Made by a program: the position numbers and the translations under genes. The notes under the pieces were generated by a model. That model had not been told where the DNA came from. It did not search any database and saw only the letters and a list, made by a program, of their open reading frames with translations. Shown piece after piece: positions 19,229-27,765 of a stretch of 54,117 bases of DNA (the first letter of the stretch is position 1; every line of letters starts with the position of its first letter). This stretch comes from Lachnospiraceae bacterium (lineage in GTDB: Bacteria; Bacillota; Clostridia; Lachnospirales; Lachnospiraceae): contig JAILHY010000186.1 of NCBI GenBank assembly GCA_024695575.1, forward strand, positions 1 to 54,117, read 5' to 3'.

Positions 19229-19768
19229 ATGAGTAAAACAGGATCACTTGTAATACGAAGTGTAGAGAAGGCAGATGCAAAGCGTCTTCTGGAAATATAC
19301 GACTATTACGTTCAAAACACTGCCATCACCTTTGAGTATGATACGCCATCTTTGGAAGAGTTTACGACAAGGATAGAAAATATCACGAAGCGCTATCCTT
19401 ATCTTGTTATAGAACGAGACGGCCGCATAGTTGGATATACATATGCAGGTGTCTTTAAGAACAGAGCAGCCTATGACTGGTCTTGTGAGACAACAATCTA
19501 TATTGATCATAACGAGAGAAAAAGCGGCCTTGGCCGGATGCTATATGAGGCTTTGGAAGAAAGAGTTAAAGCCATGGGAATACTGAATATGTATGCCTGC
19601 ATAGGATATCCGGACGAAGAGGATCAGTATCTTACAAAAAACAGCGCTGAATTTCACGAGCATCTGGGATATTCCAAAGTTGGAGAGTTCCATAAGTGTG
19701 GTTATAAGTTCGATCGCTGGTACAATATGATCTGGATGGAAAAGATCATTGGCGAGCATAACCAGTAA
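19229..19768 (+). CDS. GNAT acetyltransferase, phosphinothricin/methionine sulfoximine (Pat/YncA) type
   Basis: IYDYYVQNTAITFE, RAAYDWSCE, S.EFHEHLG, GYKFDRWY. Confidence 0.9.
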   Translation: MSKTGSLVIRSVEKADAKRLLEIYDYYVQNTAITFEYDTPSLEEFTTRIENITKRYPYLVIERDGRIVGYTYAGVFKNRAAYDWSCETTIYIDHNERKSGLGRMLYEALEERVKAMGILNMYACIGYPDEEDQYLTKNSAEFHEHLGYSKVGEFHKCGYKFDRWYNMIWMEKIIGEHNQ

Positions 19769-19784
19769 AAGAAAGGATGATTCG

Positions 19785-20654
19785 GTGAAAGATCAGACAA
19801 AAGGAATATCATTCATAGTCATAGCGGCAATGGGATTCTCCTTTATGACTTTCTTTGTCAGGCTGGCCGGGGATCTTCCCACAATGCAAAAGGCATTTTT
19901 CAGGAATGCATTTGCCCTTGTCATCGCTGTAGCCACGCTGCTTATCAAAAAAGAAAAATTTGTGATCACGAAAGAGTTCGGAACTGACATTCTTTTTAGG
20001 TGTTTGTTTGGAACTACGGGACTTATTGCCAACTTCTACGCAATTGACAGACTGGCTTTGGCAGATTCCAACATGCTCAATAAACTGTCACCATTCTTTG
20101 CAATTCTTATTTCGATCCCGCTTCTCAAAGAAAAACCTTCCAAGCTTGATATTACTGCAACAGTTATAGCCTTTATCGGAGCTTTATTTATCATAAGACC
20201 CACTCCGGGTAACATGGAACTGGTGCCTGCCCTCATCGGACTCTACGGCGGATTTGGAGCAGGAACGGCATATGTTTTTGTGAGAAGAGCAACAGGTAAA
20301 GGCGCAGCCACGCCGGTTATAGTTATATGCTTTTCGTTGTTTTCCTGTCTGCTGACCTTGCCATTTATGATGAAAGGATACGTCCATATGACTCCACTTC
20401 AGCTTACGATCCTTATTGGGGCCGGACTTTCAGCGGCAATAGGGCAATTTGCAATCACTACGGCATACAAATATGCTCCGGCCAAGAAGCTTTCCGTGTT
20501 TGACTATCTTCAGGTTATTTTTGCCGCGTTATGGGGAATTTTGTTCCTTCATGAAGCTCCAACAGCACTAAGTATCATCGGATATGTTATAATTATCGGA
20601 GTAGCGATTATAAGATGGAGAGTGACCTTGAAAGGGAACTCTAATCCCGTATAA
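19785..20654 (+). CDS. DMT/EamA family transporter
   Basis: About 10 TM segments in two repeats; AFFRN, LSPFF, LLKEK, FDYLQVIFA; probable GTG start at 19785 behind AAAGGA. Confidence 0.9.
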   Translation: MKDQTKGISFIVIAAMGFSFMTFFVRLAGDLPTMQKAFFRNAFALVIAVATLLIKKEKFVITKEFGTDILFRCLFGTTGLIANFYAIDRLALADSNMLNKLSPFFAILISIPLLKEKPSKLDITATVIAFIGALFIIRPTPGNMELVPALIGLYGGFGAGTAYVFVRRATGKGAATPVIVICFSLFSCLLTLPFMMKGYVHMTPLQLTILIGAGLSAAIGQFAITTAYKYAPAKKLSVFDYLQVIFAALWGILFLHEAPTALSIIGYVIIIGVAIIRWRVTLKGNSNPV

Positions 20655-20688
20655 CCTATCACACCTATCAAAGCTATCACAAACTATT
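20655..20688 (+). repeat. Short 9-bp-period direct repeat (CTATCA x3, then CTATTA)
   Basis: cctatcaca cctatcaaa gctatcaca fill the intergenic gap. Confidence 0.65.
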
Positions 20689-21564
20689 ATGAAAAAGAAA
20701 TTCTTTGAAATAGCACTGATCACTATAATTGCGCTTTCTGCCTGCGGAAACGAGCTCGGGCCGTCAGTCCCTGAAGTTTCTGCACAGACTTCGGTTAAGG
20801 CGGAGGCAGAAGAGTATATCAATGTATCTGTTACAAGTGAAGATCAGGAACAAGATCTGAAACAGGAACAGGAAACAGAGGCTTCGGTCGAACCCGCGGC
20901 TATCGAAACAGAGGATCCGGAAAAAGAGGAGGAGGAAATGAAAGAACCCGCTAAATTACTGTATCAGGGCCATGCAAGTATGAGGATATCAACACCGGAA
21001 GGAAAGGTTATCTACATCGATCCGTTCATGGGTGACGGTTATGACGAGCCTGCTGACCTGATACTTGAAACCCACGGCCACTATGACCACACGCAGACAA
21101 AACTTATCTCGAAAAAGAATGATGATTGCGGGACCATTACCTGGAAAGAAGCCATCAAAGACGGAGTACATCAGACCTTTGATCTGGGTTATGTTAAAGT
21201 AGAGGCGGTCGAGGCCGGATATAATAAGAATCATAATGCAAAGGAATGTGTAGGGTTTATCCTTTCTTTTTCCAATGGTGCTACGCTGTATGTTACCGGA
21301 GATACCTCCACTACTCCGCAAATGAAGGAACTTGCTGACAGAGGCCTTGATTATGCTTTCTTCTGCTGCGATGGCGTTTACAACATGGATATGAGCGAAG
21401 CCATTGAATGCGCCAATCTTGTTGGTGCGAGATACAGCATCCCTTATCATATGATCCCTGCCAACGCAGGTGGTTTCGATGCGACTGTTGCAGCGACATT
21501 TGACGTACCGGACAGAATAATCCTTGCACCCGGAGATGAACTTGAACTGACTATCACGGACTGA
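20689..21564 (+). CDS. MBL-fold metallo-hydrolase with lipoprotein signal and acidic linker
   Basis: Lipobox LSAC; Glu-rich linker; YQGHAS, IDPF, THGHYDH, VTGDT, IPYH. Confidence 0.85.
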   Translation: MKKKFFEIALITIIALSACGNELGPSVPEVSAQTSVKAEAEEYINVSVTSEDQEQDLKQEQETEASVEPAAIETEDPEKEEEEMKEPAKLLYQGHASMRISTPEGKVIYIDPFMGDGYDEPADLILETHGHYDHTQTKLISKKNDDCGTITWKEAIKDGVHQTFDLGYVKVEAVEAGYNKNHNAKECVGFILSFSNGATLYVTGDTSTTPQMKELADRGLDYAFFCCDGVYNMDMSEAIECANLVGARYSIPYHMIPANAGGFDATVAATFDVPDRIILAPGDELELTITD

Positions 21565-21573
21565 GTGGACTGT

Positions 21574-21669
21574 ATGAACGATTACAAGAATGAATGGATA
21601 GCGTCTAAAGAAAATGAAGAAGCAAACGCGAAATACAATGAGTATTTGAATCTGAGGGGTTCGATATGA
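21574..21669 (+). CDS. Possible 31-aa small ORF or gene remnant
   Basis: MNDYKNEWIASKENEEANAKYNEYLNLRGSI*; fills the gap, and its TGA overlaps the next ATG (ATGA). Confidence 0.3.
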   Translation: MNDYKNEWIASKENEEANAKYNEYLNLRGSI

Positions 21670-22358
21670 CTTTTTCCGACGGGTTTACTATCGGTTCCAT
21701 GAAAGAACTGATGGATGTAATAGATGAACTGGGCTTTGTCCCGTTCTTTACAAACGAGATTAAAGGATTCTCGATTGAAGAACACATCGCACCCGGATGC
21801 TGGTATCATGACGGAGATGACGGATTCTGGCCCGCCTGGGAGTGGAAGGGCCCGGTAATTGCGGAGATGAAATGTGCTTATGGGAAGTTTCTGCGAAATA
21901 AAGCTATGTATGTAAGTTCCAAGTGGTTCCCTGACTTCGCAAATTTCCGAAGAGACGGGTATGATTTCGACGCAAGATATGATGACGGTCTGGCTTCTTT
22001 TTACGACAAAGAACTGTATAACCTGTTAGATGCAAACGCGCCGATCATGTCCAAGCAGTTAAAAAAGGTCGGAGGATACAATAAAAACGGTCGTAAGGGC
22101 TTCGACACCATGATCACGAGGCTTCAAAAACAGTGCTACGTCGTAATCAGTGACTTCAGATATGCAATGGATAAGTCCGGAAATACATATGGATGGGGAG
22201 TTGCCGAGTATTCAACTCCTGAGAAGTTCTTAGGTAAAGAGTTTGTTGATTCTGTTTACAAACGAACACCGCAGGAGTCTTACGACAGGATATTGAAGCA
22301 TTTCGCAAAGATCCTGCCAAATGCAGACGATCCGGAGATCAAAAAGATCTTAAAATAA
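21666..22358 (+). CDS. Conserved hypothetical protein, AlkZ-related/winged-helix-like
   Basis: GFVPFF...WEWKG...AYGKF...FANFRRDGYDF...ITRLQ...YGWG pattern recalled from AlkZ-related proteins; RBS GAGGGG. Confidence 0.55.
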   Translation: MTFSDGFTIGSMKELMDVIDELGFVPFFTNEIKGFSIEEHIAPGCWYHDGDDGFWPAWEWKGPVIAEMKCAYGKFLRNKAMYVSSKWFPDFANFRRDGYDFDARYDDGLASFYDKELYNLLDANAPIMSKQLKKVGGYNKNGRKGFDTMITRLQKQCYVVISDFRYAMDKSGNTYGWGVAEYSTPEKFLGKEFVDSVYKRTPQESYDRILKHFAKILPNADDPEIKKILK

Positions 22359-22385
22359 GTGTAAATCATGAAAAGGGGGATTACT

Positions 22386-23426
22386 ATGAAAGCATTGTTT
22401 ATCGGAGGAACAGGGACCATCAGTATGGGAATCATCAAGGCATTGGCCGAAGATCCCATGTGGGAGGTGTATCTGTTAAACAGAGGAAACCGCAAGGATG
22501 AAGTACCTGCGAACATCAAGCAGATCGTTGCAAATATCTATGATGAGGCAGATGCGGCAAAGAAGCTTGAGGGTATGGAGTTCGATGTGGTGAGCGAATT
22601 CATCGCTTTTGATGTGGAAGCTGTAAAGCGCGATTACAGGCTCTTTAAGGGAAAGACTAAACAATACATCTTTATCAGCTCTGCTTCGGCATATAATAAA
22701 CCGGCAGCTCACCATGTGATCACGGAAGGCACAACTCTTGCAAATCCTTACTGGGATTATTCCAGAAATAAGATTGCCTGTGAAGAATTTCTTTTGGATA
22801 AATACAGAACGGAAGGCTTCCCTGTTACCATAGTCAGACCCAGTCACACCTATGATGAGCGGAGTATACCGCTGGGGGTTCACGGAAACAAGGGCTTTTA
22901 TCAGGTTATCAGAAGAATGCAGCAGGGTAAACCCGTTATAATTCAGGGCGATGGAACATCACTGTGGGCACTCACCTTTAACAAGGATTTTGCAGTAGGC
23001 TACATAGCACTTATGGGAAACAGGCACGCTATCGGCGAGGCGTTCCAGATCACAGGGGATGAGATCCTTTCCTGGAACCAGATTCATCAGACCATCGCAG
23101 ATGCCCTTGGTGTAGAACTTAAGCCTTACTATGTATCCTCAGAATTTCTGGCCGATGCCGGAGAGGCATGCGGTTATGACTTCAGGGGCAGTCTCATCGG
23201 TGATAAATCGGTATCGGTTGTTTTTGATAACAGCAAGCTTAAGAGACTTGCACCTACCATGACCACAACTATCCCGTTCCACAAAGGAGTAAGGATAGCC
23301 CTTGATTATGTTCTTTCTCATAAAGATAGGTATGAGGAGGATCCTGAGTTTGACAGATTCTGCGATGTTGTGATCGAAGAGTGCGAGAAGGCAAAAGCAG
23401 AAGTGATAGCTAAAATGAATAAATAA
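22386..23426 (+). CDS. NAD-dependent epimerase/dehydratase (extended SDR)
   Basis: GGTGTIS Rossmann motif; YIFISSAS; YSRNK catalytic YxxxK; start 22386 behind AGGGGG. Confidence 0.9.
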   Translation: MKALFIGGTGTISMGIIKALAEDPMWEVYLLNRGNRKDEVPANIKQIVANIYDEADAAKKLEGMEFDVVSEFIAFDVEAVKRDYRLFKGKTKQYIFISSASAYNKPAAHHVITEGTTLANPYWDYSRNKIACEEFLLDKYRTEGFPVTIVRPSHTYDERSIPLGVHGNKGFYQVIRRMQQGKPVIIQGDGTSLWALTFNKDFAVGYIALMGNRHAIGEAFQITGDEILSWNQIHQTIADALGVELKPYYVSSEFLADAGEACGYDFRGSLIGDKSVSVVFDNSKLKRLAPTMTTTIPFHKGVRIALDYVLSHKDRYEEDPEFDRFCDVVIEECEKAKAEVIAKMNK

Positions 23427-23440
23427 ATCTTACAAGCAGG

Positions 23441-23472
23441 AAAAAGGCCGATGGGATAAACCCACCGGCCTT
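23441..23472 (-). terminator. Terminator between convergent SDR and hsp20 genes
   Basis: AAGGCCGaTGGG-ataaa-CCCAcCGGCCTT; A5 on the left gives a U-tract for the minus-strand transcript. Confidence 0.8.
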
Positions 23473-23483
23473 CCGGTTACTTA

Positions 23484-23930
23484 CTATGCGATCAATATCT
23501 GTTTCTTTTCAGGCAATTTCTCTTTTTCCTTCTTGGGGATGTTGATGCTGAGTACTCCGTGTTTGAAGCTTGCCTTGATGTCTTCCTCGGTGAGGTTGTC
23601 GCCGATGTAGAAGCTTCTCTGCATTGAGCCGGAGTAGCGTTCCTGTCTGATCAGTTTGCCCTTCTTGTCGTTTTCGTCTTTGTCCAGTTCTTTGGCTGCG
23701 CTGACGGTAAGATAACCATTGTTCAGCGCAAGTTTGATCTCTTCTTTCTTAAACCCCGGAAGATCGATATCGAATTCATAGTGATCGTCATGCTCGTGAA
23801 CATCCGTCTTCATGACTCTGCCTGCGTGATGTCCGTAAAGCTTCCTCTCGACACGATCCAGGTCACCGAAATCAGGGAGATCGAACCAGTCATCAAATAA
23901 ATCTTCTCCGAAAATACTAGGTCTTAACAT
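23484..23930 (-). CDS. Small heat-shock protein (Hsp20/alpha-crystallin)
   Basis: MKTDVHE, DLPGFKKEEI, RQERYSGSMQRSF, ASFKHGVL.I.IPK, C-terminal IxI; start 23930 behind AAGGAGG. Confidence 0.95.
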   Translation of the reverse strand: MLRPSIFGEDLFDDWFDLPDFGDLDRVERKLYGHHAGRVMKTDVHEHDDHYEFDIDLPGFKKEEIKLALNNGYLTVSAAKELDKDENDKKGKLIRQERYSGSMQRSFYIGDNLTEEDIKASFKHGVLSINIPKKEKEKLPEKKQILIA

Positions 23931-23938
23931 AATAAATA

Positions 23939-23989
23939 CCTCCTTTTCACTCAATACTGTTTATAAGCTACTGAGCAAGGGGAAGGAGG
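23939..23989 (-). promoter_or_regulatory. Candidate RNA thermometer: hairpin sequestering the hsp20 SD
   Basis: The mRNA reads CCUCCUU..GCUCAGUA-loop-UAUUGAGU..AAGGAGG; a 7-nt anti-SD is the exact complement of the RBS. Confidence 0.55.
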
Positions 23990-24047
23990 GATTGGATCAT
24001 TGGAACATTTGGTTCTTTTGGTCTTCTCTGTTCCTCTGTTCGACTTC

Positions 24048-24076
24048 GTTATAGCACCATAATTAGCACTCGTCAA
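24048..24076 (-). promoter_or_regulatory. Sigma-A promoter of hsp20
   Basis: TTGACG-17 bp-TATAAC with an extended TG; the -35 lies inside the CIRCE. Confidence 0.8.
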
Positions 24077-24089
24077 TAGAGAGTGCTAA
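24063..24089. promoter_or_regulatory. CIRCE element (HrcA operator)
   Basis: Exact consensus TTAGCACTC-N9-GAGTGCTAA. Confidence 0.97.
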
Positions 24090-24119
24090 TTCTTTATAAA
24101 GTTTATGTTTTGTTTATAA

Positions 24120-24148
24120 TTGTCGAAGTTCAGTAAAAGGCGTAAGAT
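24120..24148 (+). promoter_or_regulatory. Putative ybaK promoter
   Basis: TTGTCG-17 bp-TAAGAT. Confidence 0.45.
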
Positions 24149-24194
24149 AGTATTGAACGTGTTACGTACCGAAAGAAAGGATTCTTTTTGCAGT

Positions 24195-24668
24195 ATGAAA
24201 AAAGAAGAAAAGACCAATGTTATGAGAGTGCTTGAAAGTAAAAAGATCGAATATTCAAGCCATGCATATGACCAGGATCCGACGCTTACAGGCGAGGATA
24301 TTGCAGGTATTCTTGGTGAGGATCCAAAGAAGGTCTTTAAAACTTTAGTCACCCAGGGAAAGTCCGGTGCCTACTATGTGTTTGTAGTCCCGGTAGGCGC
24401 CGAACTTGACTTAAAGAAAGCCGCCAAAGTATCAGGCGAGAAGGCAATTGCCATGATCAAACAGAAGGATCTTCTTCCTCTCACCGGATATGTACACGGA
24501 GGTTGTTCTCCTGTGGGGATGAAGAAACCCTTTCCGACATTTATTCATGAAACGGCGACAGGACTAGATAAGATATTTGTCAGTGCCGGAAAAGTAGGAT
24601 TCCAGATTGAATTGTCTCCCACTGACCTCATCACAGTGACAGGGTGCAAGGCTGCTGACATAGTGTAG
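24195..24668 (+). CDS. ybaK: Cys-tRNA(Pro) deacylase YbaK/EbsC
   Basis: KTNVMR, VFKTLV, LDLKKAA, TGYVHGGCSPVG, VSAGKVG; start moved to the ATG at 24195. Confidence 0.93.
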   Translation: MKKEEKTNVMRVLESKKIEYSSHAYDQDPTLTGEDIAGILGEDPKKVFKTLVTQGKSGAYYVFVVPVGAELDLKKAAKVSGEKAIAMIKQKDLLPLTGYVHGGCSPVGMKKPFPTFIHETATGLDKIFVSAGKVGFQIELSPTDLITVTGCKAADIV

Positions 24669-24702
24669 TGGCAGATAAAGATCAATAGAAAACGAGGTAG
24701 TC

Positions 24703-25161
24703 ATGAGACCGGCTAATAGTGAAAAAGAAAGCAAAATACGCGAGAAAATGATCAAAGAGCTCTATGAGAACAAGTTTAATCAGTTCATAGGCTTTGAGAT
24801 TCTTGAATTAAGCAGTACCTACAGTAAAGCAAGGGTAAAGATCGATGAACATCTTCTTAATCCTTACGGAAGTGTACATGGAGGAGCGTTGCTTACATTT
24901 GTGGATACCATGGCAGGCGCCACCGGATGTATGAGCGGTTACTATGTGACCACGGTCTCAGCCAACCTCAATTTTCTTTTACCGGCCGTAAACACTGAGT
25001 ACATCTATTGTGAATGCATGAAGCTCAAAACAGGCAGACATATCCTTGTCTTTGATATCAGAGTGACGGATGATGCGGGCAATATCCTTGACAGTGGCGA
25101 GTTCTCATTCTTTGCAAGCAAATCCCCGGTACTGACCGAAATGCTAAACTACAATCAATAA
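24703..25161 (+). CDS. PaaI family thioesterase (hotdog fold)
   Basis: LNPYGSVHGGAL.TFVDT motif. Confidence 0.9.
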   Translation: MRPANSEKESKIREKMIKELYENKFNQFIGFEILELSSTYSKARVKIDEHLLNPYGSVHGGALLTFVDTMAGATGCMSGYYVTTVSANLNFLLPAVNTEYIYCECMKLKTGRHILVFDIRVTDDAGNILDSGEFSFFASKSPVLTEMLNYNQ

Positions 25162-25165
25162 GTCT

Positions 25166-25822
25166 ATGAAATATTCAAATATTGTAAAAGCCGTGTTTAT
25201 AAAACGTCCCAACCGGTTTATTGCGAAAGTTGATATAGAGGGACATAGGGAGATCGTACACGTTAAGAATACGGGCAGATGCAAGGAACTTCTTATACCG
25301 GGATGCGAAGTATGGCTTACTGCTCCCGGCACTCCTGACCGGAAGACTAAGTACGATCTTGTCGCTGTCAGGAAAAAGAACGGGATTCTTTTTAATATAG
25401 ACAGTCAGGCGCCGAATAAGGTCGTAAAAGAATGGCTGGCAACAAAGCCCTACGATAAAGTTATTCCTGAGTATACTTACGGCGCTTCCAGGATAGATTT
25501 CTACATGGAGAAAGGCGTAGAGCGATACCTTATGGAGGTGAAGGGATGCACTCTCGAAATTGACGGCGTTGGATACTTCCCGGATGCTCCCACGGAGCGT
25601 GGCGTCAAGCACATTCATGAGCTTATAAAAGCTAAAAAAGCAGGAATTCACGCCATTCTTGCTTTCGTGATCCAGATGGACGGTGTTACTGAAGTAAGGC
25701 CAAACATCGAAACCCATCCCGAGTTTGGCGAAGCCCTTTCAGAGGCCCGTGCGGCAGGCGTTGAAGTTCTTTTTCTATGCTGTCATGTGGAGCCGGGAGA
25801 ACTTGTAATAACCGTCGATTAA
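25166..25822 (+). CDS. sfsA: DNA/RNA nuclease SfsA
   Basis: RPNRF, HVKNTGR, SRIDF, EVKGCTL, FPDAPTERG.KH. Confidence 0.95.
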   Translation: MKYSNIVKAVFIKRPNRFIAKVDIEGHREIVHVKNTGRCKELLIPGCEVWLTAPGTPDRKTKYDLVAVRKKNGILFNIDSQAPNKVVKEWLATKPYDKVIPEYTYGASRIDFYMEKGVERYLMEVKGCTLEIDGVGYFPDAPTERGVKHIHELIKAKKAGIHAILAFVIQMDGVTEVRPNIETHPEFGEALSEARAAGVEVLFLCCHVEPGELVITVD

Positions 25823-25986
25823 TGCATATTTAATACTCAGATAAAGAATGAACTTAATATGATGCTCGGCGAAAAGCGTATAAAAAAGTCTTTCTTTGGA
25901 AACTACTATGTCGCGACAGGTGCTTTCACGCGCGGTATGAGCAGAAAATCGGTACTGGGGGAATGAACCATAAAGCGTAGCTGCTC

Positions 25987-27765
25987 TTATTCAAACTGGG
26001 AAGCATAGAGCTTGTGGTAGAAACCGTGCAAGGTCATTAGTTCTCCGTGAGTTCCCTGCTCAACGATCCTACCGTCGTTTACTACGATTATCTTATCAGC
26101 GTTCTTAATGGTGGATAAACGATGCGCGATAACAAAACAGGTCTTGTCGGCCATGAGTTTTCTCATGGCTGACTGGATCTGTTTTTCTGTGTCTGTGTCT
26201 ACGTTGGATGTGGCCTCATCCAGGATCAGCATCTTGGAATCGTAGAGCATGGCTCTTGCGATGGTAAGCATCTGTTTCTGACCCTTTGATATATTTCCGC
26301 CATCTTCGCTGATTATGGTATCGTATCCTTCGGGAAGCTGCATGATAAAATGATGGATCTTTGCAGCCTTGGCAGCGGCGATAACTTCCTCTTTCGTGGC
26401 ACCTTCTTTGCCATAGGCGATATTATCGTAGATACTGCCGTTTATGAGCCAGGTGTCCTGTAATACCATGGAAAAAGAATGTCTCAGACTCTTTCTGGTT
26501 AGAGTTCTTATTTCGTGACCGTCTATGGTGATCTCGCCGGAATTCACGTCATAAAAGCGCATGAGAAGATTGATGACCGTGGTCTTTCCTGCACCGGTGG
26601 GTCCTACTATGGCTATGAGTTTGCCTGCGGGTGCATCCAGTGAAAATTCTTTGAGGATGAGCTTCTCGGGAACATATCCAAAGTCAACGTTCTTTATTGA
26701 AACATTACCGTCTAATTCCTTTAATTCGAGGGCATTTTCTGCGTCAGCAGGTTCTTCTTCGGCATCCAGCATATGGAATACTCTCTCAGCGGCAGCAAGA
26801 GCGGAGTAGATCTCGTTGACGATATTGGCAATCTCGTTTATGGGGCCGCTGAACTTGCGGGAATAGAGTATAAATGAGGAAATCTGGGCAAGGTTTACAA
26901 TGTCCTTTAAGTAAAGGACTGATCCGAACATACCTATGAGGGCAAGACCTAAGTTGTTGATAAAGTTCATGGAAGGCCCCATGGTCATTCCATAGTGGTT
27001 TGCCCAGTGAAATGCATCGGATGCTTCCACATTGATCTTCTCGAATTTATCGGTCACCTGGTCTTCTTGGGCATAGGCCTGGATAGTCTTTTGACCTGAG
27101 AACATTTCTTCCACGAAGCCGTTAAGTTTACCGTAGGCTGCGGAACGCTTGGCGTGAAGGGGTCTCGTTATTTTGCCCATGTGACGTACATAAAGAACGG
27201 ACATGGGGATTGTAATAAGCACGGTCAGCGCCAGGAACGGACTTATATAGATCATCATGAAAAGAGAACCGAATACGGTGATCACATTGGTCATTATGGC
27301 AACAAGATCCGTAGAGATACTGGTGCTCAGTACATCGATATCATAGGATACACGGCTAATAATGTCCCCGGCTGCATTTCTGTCAAAGAAACTTACAGGG
27401 AGCTTCATCATTTTGTTAAAGACGTCAGAGCGCATCTGGCGGGCGATCCTTCGTCCAACATTCATCATAAGCACATTGATAAGGAGAGTAAGAGCGGAGG
27501 CCGTTACATAAAAAACCAGCATCAACTTTGCATAGTGGAATACGTTGGCAAAGTTGACCTGTCCCTTTCCTGCAGCAGCTTCCTGGATTGCTTTACCTGC
27601 AAGGGAGGGGCCGATAAGGGACATAATGTTACTGGATATGCAAAGAAGGGCTATGAGTATCACATAAGCGCGGTATCTGATTATATATTTCCAGATGCGG
27701 CGCATTGTGCCCCTGGCGTCCTTTGGTTTTTCTTTTTTCGTGTTTCTTTGAGAAGCGGGTGGCAT
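25987..27765 (-). CDS. ABC exporter subunit (TMD+NBD) with consensus Walker B
   Basis: 6 TM + GPTGAGKT, ISKGQ, LILDEATS, IAHRL. Confidence 0.93.
   Translation of the reverse strand: MPPASQRNTKKEKPKDARGTMRRIWKYIIRYRAYVILIALLCISSNIMSLIGPSLAGKAIQEAAAGKGQVNFANVFHYAKLMLVFYVTASALTLLINVLMMNVGRRIARQMRSDVFNKMMKLPVSFFDRNAAGDIISRVSYDIDVLSTSISTDLVAIMTNVITVFGSLFMMIYISPFLALTVLITIPMSVLYVRHMGKITRPLHAKRSAAYGKLNGFVEEMFSGQKTIQAYAQEDQVTDKFEKINVEASDAFHWANHYGMTMGPSMNFINNLGLALIGMFGSVLYLKDIVNLAQISSFILYSRKFSGPINEIANIVNEIYSALAAAERVFHMLDAEEEPADAENALELKELDGNVSIKNVDFGYVPEKLILKEFSLDAPAGKLIAIVGPTGAGKTTVINLLMRFYDVNSGEITIDGHEIRTLTRKSLRHSFSMVLQDTWLINGSIYDNIAYGKEGATKEEVIAAAKAAKIHHFIMQLPEGYDTIISEDGGNISKGQKQMLTIARAMLYDSKMLILDEATSNVDTDTEKQIQSAMRKLMADKTCFVIAHRLSTIKNADKIIVVNDGRIVEQGTHGELMTLHGFYHKLYASQFE

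Noticed and set aside
20655-20688. CRISPR-like repeat (also 44864-44893 and 40031-40052)
   Set aside because: Units are 9-10 bp with no unique spacers, and there are no cas genes
14656-23426. Integron-like cassette array
   Set aside because: No integrase, and the intergenic gaps share no attC-like or other common repeat
24063-24668. HrcA control of ybaK through the shared CIRCE
   Set aside because: The CIRCE overlaps the hsp20 -35 but ends about 30 bp upstream of the putative ybaK -35; there is no direct support
25823-25986. Open frame ...MMLGEKRIKKSFFGNYYVATGAFTRGMSRKSVLGE* after sfsA
   Set aside because: Short, no convincing RBS and no recognisable family; may be debris but cannot be supported
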